Assembly: GCA_964557555.1 (NCBI GenBank) | Contig: CAZLBA010000004.1 | Span: forward strand, 7,667-71,666 | Source: an uncultured Beijerinckia sp. | Lineage (GTDB): Bacteria > Pseudomonadota > Alphaproteobacteria > Rhizobiales > Beijerinckiaceae | DNA: 64,000 nucleotides | Reading direction: 5' to 3' | Part shown: positions 56,859 to 64,000 of the stretch, piece after piece | Layout: each line of letters opens with the position of its first letter | Numbering within the stretch: position 1 is the stretch's first letter | Made by a program: the position numbers and the translations under genes | Notes under the pieces: generated by a model | Database searches by the model: none | What the model saw: the letters and a program-made list of their open reading frames with translations, nothing else | Told to the model about the DNA's origin: nothing

Positions 56859-57866
56859 CTAATGCGACGAGAAAGTAAAGCGTGATCCAACATTCGATGT
56901 CACCAGCTTCTCCGGCATCAGCTGGCGTACCGCATCAATGAAACCGCTACCAGAACAATGCATGGGCAGGATGACATCAGGGTCAAGGATCTTCAGCTCA
57001 TCGACTGTGTGGCGAATATAATCAGGTGTAGCCGTGCCCAGATGAAATCCGCCGATCACAGCATGAAGCTTAGTCACACCCGAAACATGCATGGCCGTCT
57101 TGACCGTGTTGATGAGGCCGACATGACCACAAGAGGTGATTACAACAAGACCCTTGTTGCGGATAATATAGCAAGCAGCATGTTCATCCGGGTGCTCATC
57201 CTTCACCAGCGCACCCTGCCGCTCTGCATTGGTGAAATGGTCATAGCCCTCTTCCACCATAGAGCCGCCTGTCACGCATTCAAAGCTCTGGCGCTTGATA
57301 TAGCCACTTGTGAAGACCTGACCAAGAGAGAGGGGCTTTGAACAGCAGACAGAACAGACGCCCTTGTCCGTCAGATGGTCGCGATCAACGCGGCCCCATG
57401 AAACAGGCTTTTCCTTCTTGCCAATCCATTTCTCGCGAAATGCCTCTTCGCCACCCACGAAAAGGGAAAGATCATCCGGCATGGCATCGCGATAATGATC
57501 GACAAAGCCGGCAAGCCCTCCGAAATGATCGCGATGCGCATGGCTCAAGATAAGCCCTTTGATTTTACCGGGCTCGATGCCAAGCAAATCGAAGTTCCGA
57601 TTGATGATTTCGGGTGTATATCCGAAATCGACCAGATATTGCGCGCTTTCTCCATGCACATGGGATTCCAGATGAAGCGACAGCCCCCATTCGCAGGCCA
57701 GCGTTGTCATCTGCCGTCCGGGGATTTGTCGCACATGTTCGATCTCAACATGTGGATGGCTCGCCGGCGGAAGAAAGCGTTCATAAAAAGAATCGACAAG
57801 CACGCGGACCTTGAGAACATCCACGATGGGGGCGCGAAAAGCATCGCGCGGAGCGAGCTGGTCCAT
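56859..57866 (-). CDS. MBL-fold metallohydrolase (COG1237-like)
   Basis: EWGLS, SHAHRDHFGG, TSCGHVG, GGFHL, PMHCSG; start is ATG 57866 or GTG 57875. Confidence 0.87.
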   Translation of the reverse strand: MDQLAPRDAFRAPIVDVLKVRVLVDSFYERFLPPASHPHVEIEHVRQIPGRQMTTLACEWGLSLHLESHVHGESAQYLVDFGYTPEIINRNFDLLGIEPGKIKGLILSHAHRDHFGGLAGFVDHYRDAMPDDLSLFVGGEEAFREKWIGKKEKPVSWGRVDRDHLTDKGVCSVCCSKPLSLGQVFTSGYIKRQSFECVTGGSMVEEGYDHFTNAERQGALVKDEHPDEHAACYIIRNKGLVVITSCGHVGLINTVKTAMHVSGVTKLHAVIGGFHLGTATPDYIRHTVDELKILDPDVILPMHCSGSGFIDAVRQLMPEKLVTSNVGSRFTFSSH

Positions 57867-57878
57867 AGCATCCACCTC

Positions 57879-59633
57879 TCACCGGTGCCGTGTAATCGTG
57901 TCAACAAGCGCGGGCTTGCCAAGCTTCACCTGCTCAAGCGCGCGTAGCAAGGCCGGCCGCACATCATTGGGGTTTTCAATCGGACCTTCCGCCCACATGC
58001 CCATGGAGCGCGCAAGGCCGGCAAAGTCAGGCGCTGGGTCATACAAATCCATGCCGATATGCGCCTTGCCCTCATCCGTCCCGCGCTGGCGAGCGACTTT
58101 CAACTGGTGATCCCAGTCATTGTAATAGGCCCGATTATTATACATGACGATCAGGATCGGGATTTCATGTTTTGCAGCGACCCACAAAGAAGCCGCATCA
58201 TATAGCAAATCTCCGTCAGGCTGGATGTCCACCACAATGCGCTTGTGCTTCTTGTGCGCCAGCGCCACGCCAAGCGAAATGCCGATCTGTGTGGACGTGC
58301 CAAGATCCGCACCCGGATGACGGTAGGCTTTATCAAAGTCCCAATGTTTGCGCACAGTGGTCTTCAGGGTATTGGCAGCAAGCACCCAATCTTCCGTCTT
58401 GATGACATCCCATATTTCATGGGCCAGACGCGCGGGTGTCATGGGCGCAGCATCCCAATCCTTGCGCGCGGCCACCTGCCACTTCTCCCATGTTTCATTA
58501 TGTCGTTGGCCGATCTTGGCGCTGCGCGCTGCAATCTTTGCCTGCAATTTGCTGTCACCCGCGATACGCTCCTTGCAGATCTGCGTCACAGCCGGAATAG
58601 ACAAGCTCGTATCACCCAGCGCACGAACGGAACATGGCTGGGATTTGCCATAGTCGGTGGACCATTTGCTCAAACCGACTTCCGCCATGCCCATCTCGAT
58701 CCAGTCGCAGTCAGGCCGGACAAGCGGGGTCAATGTGTGGGTTTTCTCATCAAGCTCCATCGTTGGACGATGCCAGTCGCGCACATCAAGGCCACAGACG
58801 AGATCGACATCCTTTAACGCGCCCTTGTCGAGGCTGACGCAAAGTGGATGGCGATTTGGAAAATTGAGCGAATTATTCACATCCCAAACAGCAGCGCCGA
58901 CCGTTTCGGCTAGGGCAACCATGTTCTCGAATCCACCCTGATGACGGCCGGCAAATTCCGGCAGCAAGAGCGGATGATCAGCATCAAGCAAACGCTGCGC
59001 GACGGCTTGCAGGGCCTCTGGCTCAGGCATGGAGCGTGAGGGCGTACGCATTGCCGTTGCAGGGGGCAACGGCACTTCCTTGTCAATCCGCGTCTCCTGC
59101 ATTCCTGCATCAAAACAAAGATAGGTCGGACCTTTGGGTTCGGTCGTCATGATGGAATAAGCGCGCGCAAAAGCATCTGGCACGCCATCAATGCTGGAAG
59201 GCTGATAGTCCCATTTCACGAAATCGCGGATCGCATTGCCCTGCACGAGCGCCGTATGCGTCCAGTCGATATGGGGGCGCCGCTTGCCCTCATCCATCGG
59301 TCCCGTTGCGCCCATGATGAAGATCGGCACGCGGTCAATATAGGCATAATAAATAGGCATGGTCGCATGAAGCAGGCCGACGAGATTATGCAAAATCACC
59401 GCCAGCGGCTTGCCGCTGGCTTTGGCGTAACCATGGGCGATCTGCACGGCTGTCTCCTCATGCTGGCATACCAGCATGGGCGGATCATTCTTGCCGTAAT
59501 TGATCAGCGAGTCGTGCAAGCCACGAAAACTCGCCCCAGGATTGAGCGTGATATATTCGAAACCATAGCGTTGGATGAGGTCCACAATTATATCGGATTG
59601 CCACCCGCGAAGGCTGTCATCGGTCCGGCTCAT
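57879..59633 (-). CDS. Thiamine diphosphate-dependent enzyme (benzoylformate decarboxylase/acetolactate synthase-like)
   Basis: NPGASFRGL, HEETAVQIAHGYAK, QPDGDLLY...YNN ThDP motif; start moved to ATG 59633. Confidence 0.9.
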   Translation of the reverse strand: MSRTDDSLRGWQSDIIVDLIQRYGFEYITLNPGASFRGLHDSLINYGKNDPPMLVCQHEETAVQIAHGYAKASGKPLAVILHNLVGLLHATMPIYYAYIDRVPIFIMGATGPMDEGKRRPHIDWTHTALVQGNAIRDFVKWDYQPSSIDGVPDAFARAYSIMTTEPKGPTYLCFDAGMQETRIDKEVPLPPATAMRTPSRSMPEPEALQAVAQRLLDADHPLLLPEFAGRHQGGFENMVALAETVGAAVWDVNNSLNFPNRHPLCVSLDKGALKDVDLVCGLDVRDWHRPTMELDEKTHTLTPLVRPDCDWIEMGMAEVGLSKWSTDYGKSQPCSVRALGDTSLSIPAVTQICKERIAGDSKLQAKIAARSAKIGQRHNETWEKWQVAARKDWDAAPMTPARLAHEIWDVIKTEDWVLAANTLKTTVRKHWDFDKAYRHPGADLGTSTQIGISLGVALAHKKHKRIVVDIQPDGDLLYDAASLWVAAKHEIPILIVMYNNRAYYNDWDHQLKVARQRGTDEGKAHIGMDLYDPAPDFAGLARSMGMWAEGPIENPNDVRPALLRALEQVKLGKPALVDTITRHR

Positions 59634-59747
59634 TTCCACCCCTACCTTTTCTCTCGGATTTTTGCTTGGACAATTCTGGAACAATGCTACCATTTTTTCC
59701 AATGAAGCAAATGCCGTCCAAGCGACGGCCCCAAGGAGGAAACGACG

Positions 59748-60785
59748 ATGGGCAGATCCCTGCTCTATGGCCTTGCGCTTGCCCTTGGCTTGACCAGCGC
59801 ACAGGCGCAAACCGCGCCCGGACCCAATGCGGCGGACTTCTTCAAAGGCAAGGATGTCCATATGCTGATCAGCCACCCCGCCGGAGGTGGAATGGATGTT
59901 TATGCGCGTTTCTTTGCGCGCCACCTGTCCAAATTCATTCCCGGCAATCCGAATGTCATTCCGCAAAATATGCCCGGTGCTGCGGGGATCGTGATGGCCA
60001 ATAGCATGGCCTCCGTACAACCCAATGACGGGACCTATATTGCCTATGGTCCGGGCAAGATTGCTTTGGCTGACCTGCTCAAAGTGCCCGGCGCACGCTT
60101 CGATGCTGCCAAATTTTCTTACATCGGCAGCATGAATTCCGATGTGGGTGTGGCGATGTCCTGGCATACGGCACCCGTCAAGACCGCCAGCGATCTGATG
60201 CAAAGAGAGCTGCTGGTTGGTGCTGGCGGCAGCACAGATCAAAGCAATGTGTTCCCAACTGTACTGAACCGAATTCTGGGAACAAAATTCAAGATCATTC
60301 CCGGCTATGCCGGTACAGCAGCACTCTTCCTCGCGATGGAGCGCGGCGAAATCAACGGGATCGGTGGCGTCAATTATTCGTCTCTTCCAGCATCAAAGCC
60401 TGACTGGCTACGCGACAAGAAGGTCAATCTTCTTCTGCAAACATCGACCAAGCGTGATGATGACATGCCAGATGTGCCAACCGTCTTTGAATTGGCCAAG
60501 ACCGAGGAACAAAAACAAATCCTCGGCCTGATCTTCTCCCAGTCACAGCTCTCACGGCTGGTTTTTGGTCCACCCAATATGCCGCCCGAACGTCTGAAGA
60601 TCTTGCGGGATGCCTTCGATGCGATGGTCAAGGATCCGGCTGTCCTTGCAGACGCTAAAAAGCAGAATATCGAAATCAATGCTCCGACATCGGGGCCTGC
60701 GATCGACGAGCTGTTAAAGACATTCCGCGCCACACAGCCTGATGTGATCAGAAAGGCGGCCGAGGCGATGGAGCCTGGAAAATAA
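59748..60785 (+). CDS. Bug/TctC substrate-binding protein (long subtype)
   Basis: Signal peptide, FFKGKD, IPGNPNVIPQNMPGAAG. Confidence 0.88.
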   Translation: MGRSLLYGLALALGLTSAQAQTAPGPNAADFFKGKDVHMLISHPAGGGMDVYARFFARHLSKFIPGNPNVIPQNMPGAAGIVMANSMASVQPNDGTYIAYGPGKIALADLLKVPGARFDAAKFSYIGSMNSDVGVAMSWHTAPVKTASDLMQRELLVGAGGSTDQSNVFPTVLNRILGTKFKIIPGYAGTAALFLAMERGEINGIGGVNYSSLPASKPDWLRDKKVNLLLQTSTKRDDDMPDVPTVFELAKTEEQKQILGLIFSQSQLSRLVFGPPNMPPERLKILRDAFDAMVKDPAVLADAKKQNIEINAPTSGPAIDELLKTFRATQPDVIRKAAEAMEPGK

Positions 60786-60849
60786 GCGCGACAGAAGGCA
60801 GAACGTCTCTCTGGGCAAGAGGCGTTCAAGCCTTGTCTATGAGCTTGGC

Positions 60850-62172
60850 CTAAAGGAAATCGTCCAACGTCACCTTGTCGAGATTTTTGGGTGTGGCACG
60901 CTCAAAGACCATGCGCTGATCTGGCTGCGACAAAGGCGGCATCGTCGAGTCGATAAACCACCGCGCCATGGTCGGCGCGTCGCGGGCGGGATCGAGTGCG
61001 GACGTGGGAAAATTGACGATCCAGTCAATATCCGTTTTGGCATGGGTGCGGCTCGCGAAAGACCAGAAGATATCGCGCGGATCATCCAGATTGACATCCT
61101 CATCGACACCAATGGCCAGCTTCACATCCCGCGTCACACCCGACAACGTACCCAGCAATCCGGTCTTGGCCTGACCGCGCAAATTGCCACGCAACTTCAC
61201 TGCGCAGACAAGCCCGCCAGCTGATGGAAAACAACGCACATCCATCACATCAAGACCGCCCTCGATTTGGCAAATATGCTGATAGATCGCGAGTTCCTGA
61301 GCCAGCATACGCGCACCACCCGCCTCATCCTGCGAGACATGAACGGGGTGCTTACGCTGCAGCATCTTTTGGCATTTCAATCCAAAGAGTGAAACATCCT
61401 GATAAACACTCGAGGTAGAACCCAGTCGCAAGCGCTGAGAGCTTCGGCTAGTGCTCTCGCACAAGATTGCATATTCAAACTCGGCAGGAACCGTGATCCC
61501 GCTCATTTCGGCACAGGCCAACACTTCTCCTGCCAATGCACTTGCCTGATCAAGCGAAAAGCGCGGATAGAGATGCGCCATCTCTCCAGCCAGACAGGCT
61601 GCATGATGCACACCCGCCGCCAGGACAAATTGAGAACCAGCACACAGTTGATCTTCCAGCCAGTCTGGCGCATCCGCCAAGGCGCAGGCACCATCAGCAA
61701 GACGCAAGAGACGCACACGCGCAACCAGGTCGTCGTCTGATGTTCTGTCTTTACAAAAGAGCGTGACCGTCAGGCTCACGGCCTCGTCTCTTTCACAGTG
61801 ACGCGGCATTGGTACGTGCCGCAAATCATTCGGCGCGTCCACCAAATCGGCAGATAGGCTGCCATGCAGTTTCACGCCGGGCACAGGGCCCAGAAGGCGC
61901 GAACGCAACGACGCAAGCATCCCATCCTCTGCGGTCCCCAATGATGCCGCCCAAGTGCTGCGGCCCGCGTAAAAGCCTCCGAGCCAGGACCATCCCTGAT
62001 GATTGCGCAGATGGGTGGCCAGAACGGGACGATGGTGATCCTGAACAAATTGCCGCATGAAGGCGGACAAGGTTTGCGCGGGATCCAGTTCGGCATGAAG
62101 CATGGTGAGCGTTCCGCGTCTGGAAATTTTCTCCAGCGCTGCACGCAGGGAGGGGGACAAGGTGACACTCAT
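60850..62172 (-). CDS. Degenerate UbiD-like protein, probably non-catalytic
   Basis: Conserved C-terminal KLAIGVDEDVNLDDPRDIFWSFASR...LDP...IDST, but no EGPFGE motif; frame intact; ATGA overlap with the upstream UbiD. Confidence 0.78.
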   Translation of the reverse strand: MSVTLSPSLRAALEKISRRGTLTMLHAELDPAQTLSAFMRQFVQDHHRPVLATHLRNHQGWSWLGGFYAGRSTWAASLGTAEDGMLASLRSRLLGPVPGVKLHGSLSADLVDAPNDLRHVPMPRHCERDEAVSLTVTLFCKDRTSDDDLVARVRLLRLADGACALADAPDWLEDQLCAGSQFVLAAGVHHAACLAGEMAHLYPRFSLDQASALAGEVLACAEMSGITVPAEFEYAILCESTSRSSQRLRLGSTSSVYQDVSLFGLKCQKMLQRKHPVHVSQDEAGGARMLAQELAIYQHICQIEGGLDVMDVRCFPSAGGLVCAVKLRGNLRGQAKTGLLGTLSGVTRDVKLAIGVDEDVNLDDPRDIFWSFASRTHAKTDIDWIVNFPTSALDPARDAPTMARWFIDSTMPPLSQPDQRMVFERATPKNLDKVTLDDFL

Positions 62173-63584
62173 GACAGCTTTCCTTCGCTCAAGGCAGCCA
62201 TCAGCTTGGAAAGATCCACTTGCGCTGGTGCCGCGCGCTCATAGCGCTCTGATTGCGACAAAGGACGGGTGGCATCAATCATCACTTTGGTTCCGATCCG
62301 TGACGAGATGCTTTCCGATTCGAGTTCCGAGGCATTATCGAGACCAAAGACGCGCGTATCATTGATTTTTACGATATCGCGCGCGGGATCAACGCGTGTA
62401 GCCAAAGCCCATAAGACATCTTCAATCGAGGCTGGATCGACATCTTCGTCCACTGCAATGGTGAATTTGGGATGGAGAAATGGGCTCGACAACGCCGCTG
62501 TCATTGCAAGCTGCGCATGACCGGGCTTTGGATCCTTGAGCTGCAAGATGACCAGCAAAGGAGAGACACCGCCCAAACAGCGGATGTCTTTAACATTGAG
62601 ACGCCCGCCATCGAGACCCGCTAGATGCTGGAACAATTTCATCTCAATTGTCACAGCGACGATTGATTGCGCATCATTAGGTGGCAAGCCACAAGAAATC
62701 GCATAGAAGATCGGATCGTTGCGATAGGTCATGGCATTAACGGTGAAGACAGGCAATTCACCGCCATAACCGTAAGTCCCCGTGACCTCCCCGAACGGCC
62801 CTTCAGGTGAAACCTCGTCTAGTGAGACTGTGCCTTCAAGAACCAGCTCGGCATCTGCGGGCACTTCCATATCGATCGTCTCGCAACGCACGGTACGCAC
62901 CGGCTCCTGCAAGAGACTGGAGGCAATTGTAAGTTCGTCCGTGCCGAAGGGAGCAACGAAGGCGCTGGAGAAAATGATGAGCGGATGCGCGCCCACAACC
63001 ATGGCAACTTCCATGGGGCGATTCATCTTTCTGCAAATCGCAGCGATGCGGGCGGCTTGACGGGGCAGCATCAAGAAACCGGTCTTGTTCCGGCCGAGGA
63101 TCTGCGCACGATGAATGGAGATGTTGCGAATCCCCGTCTCAGGATTGCGGATGAAGCACATCCCCGAAGCAATATATCGTCCGGGATCACGCTCCGAAGT
63201 CCACATGGCCGGCAGCTTACGCAGATCAACATCATCTCCCAACAAGATGTTTTCCTTGCAGGTCGCCTCTGCAGCCGAAACACTCACACAAGGCAGCTGT
63301 GTCCGCATACGCGCTGCAAGAGTGGCCATCGCTTTATCTTCAGAAACACCGAGCGCAACAGCCCATTTGGCACGGTCTGCGACGATTTGGCTCATCGCCC
63401 GCCAGCCATCATGGCCTTTGATGTCATCAAACACAGTGGCCTTGCCAAGCTGCGCATAAGCCTTGAATGCCACCGCCGAAAGGTTTGAATCGGGATCGAC
63501 CGTTTTGGTAATGCGCGCGAGCTGTCCCGCTGCCTCCAAATCCTCCAGATAACTGCGGATGGACTGATCTTTTCTGTTTTGCAC
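62169..63584 (-). CDS. UbiD family prFMN (de)carboxylase
   Basis: ERDPGRYI, NISIHRAQ, VPADAELVLEG, EGPFGEVTGTYG, VDEDVDP; GTG start after GGAG. Confidence 0.92.
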   Translation of the reverse strand: MQNRKDQSIRSYLEDLEAAGQLARITKTVDPDSNLSAVAFKAYAQLGKATVFDDIKGHDGWRAMSQIVADRAKWAVALGVSEDKAMATLAARMRTQLPCVSVSAAEATCKENILLGDDVDLRKLPAMWTSERDPGRYIASGMCFIRNPETGIRNISIHRAQILGRNKTGFLMLPRQAARIAAICRKMNRPMEVAMVVGAHPLIIFSSAFVAPFGTDELTIASSLLQEPVRTVRCETIDMEVPADAELVLEGTVSLDEVSPEGPFGEVTGTYGYGGELPVFTVNAMTYRNDPIFYAISCGLPPNDAQSIVAVTIEMKLFQHLAGLDGGRLNVKDIRCLGGVSPLLVILQLKDPKPGHAQLAMTAALSSPFLHPKFTIAVDEDVDPASIEDVLWALATRVDPARDIVKINDTRVFGLDNASELESESISSRIGTKVMIDATRPLSQSERYERAAPAQVDLSKLMAALSEGKLS

Positions 63585-63680
63585 CTGGGTCTCCGTATTC
63601 ACTTCGACACGAAGGACTGATTCAACAAAGTTGTGCAACAAAAATAACTCACGGGAAATAGAAAGTCTTGATCGGAATCA

Positions 63681-63714
63681 AGCAGCTGATCAGGACGATT
63701 CCTCATCAGCTGCT
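63681..63714. repeat. Intergenic inverted repeat
   Basis: AGCAGCTGAT-C-AGGA-CGAT-TCCT-C-ATCAGCTGCT. Confidence 0.6.
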
Positions 63715-63740
63715 CTGAGATGGAAAAAGCTGAACACCAG

Positions 63741-63769
63741 AAAAATGGGGAGGAGCACCGCTCCTCCCC
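63741..63769 (-). terminator. Intrinsic terminator after the partial UbiD gene
   Basis: GGGGAGGAGC/GCTCCTCCCC 10-bp stem with a TTTTT run on the minus strand. Confidence 0.8.
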
Positions 63770-63776
63770 GCATCAT

Positions 63777-64000
63777 TCACTTGAACCCATATTCCTTCCA
63801 CCGCCGGGCGACTATGTCCTTATGCTCAGCCAAGGGCTCGACCGTCGGAGGATAACGCTTGCCGCCATATTGCGGCTCGGGACGGAAATCGAGGTTTTCC
63901 GTCGCATCAATCAGCACGCGGCACCACTTGCCGGTGCCAAACAGCATCGGATCTCGCTCCTCAAGCCGGGTTGAGGGATCAAGCAGCGATCCGAATGTGC
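63777..64000 (-). CDS. 3' end of another UbiD family protein (partial, absent from ORF track)
   Basis: Hand translation: TFGSLLDPSTRLEERDPMLFGTGKWCRVLIDATENLDF...VARRWKEYGFK*, containing the UbiD LDPS, IDAT and RWxEYG motifs. Confidence 0.8.
   Translation of the reverse strand, partial: TFGSLLDPSTRLEERDPMLFGTGKWCRVLIDATENLDFRPEPQYGGKRYPPTVEPLAEHKDIVARRWKEYGFK

Noticed and set aside
59634-60242. Apparent 203-aa N-terminal extension making a 787-aa ThDP fusion protein
   Set aside because: It is mostly the antisense of the Bug gene at 59748; family similarity starts at MSRTDD (ATG 59633).
60850-62172. Calling the degenerate UbiD a pseudogene
   Set aside because: Full-length open frame, coupled start and domain-selective conservation argue for a retained function.
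63631-63974. Two short plus-strand ORFs at the right edge
   Set aside because: Antisense to the partial UbiD gene and its terminator.
1-64000. CRISPR arrays, tRNA/rRNA, IS elements, prophage or defence genes
   Set aside because: No repeat-spacer periodicity, RNA gene signatures, transposase, integrase or nuclease motifs seen; intergenic gaps are short.

Overview
Gene-dense, moderately GC-rich chromosomal window, probably from a Hyphomicrobiales-type alphaproteobacterium (inferred from the sox gene set and protein families). I found no rRNA, tRNA, CRISPR array, IS element or prophage. The window has three parts. (1) A long patchwork of small-molecule catabolic cassettes: 12 Bug/TctC solute-binding proteins with no TctAB, five UbiD-family genes with no UbiX (an HmfF-like one, a degenerate one, and a partial one at the right edge that the ORF track missed), a TphA/AndA-type Rieske oxygenase, two OphC-like decarboxylases, two luciferase-like monooxygenases, a CoA ligase, a CoA transferase and a TAXI-TRAP transporter. 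(2) A compact operon resembling the mycobacterial polyprenyl-phospho-D-arabinofuranose pathway (AftB-like GT-C, UbiA, GtrA, DprE1, DprE2). (3) A complete sox thiosulfate-oxidation cluster. The best candidates for undescribed systems are the UbiD plus pseudo-UbiD pair (60850-63584), the arabinofuranosylation operon with an unknown acceptor (27895-32774), and the operons containing signal-less SBP-fold proteins (1745-5337, 12760-16139). All functional calls come from motif recognition and recalled family knowledge; no database searches were run. I moved start codons from the ORF track where an RBS or family N-terminus supported it.
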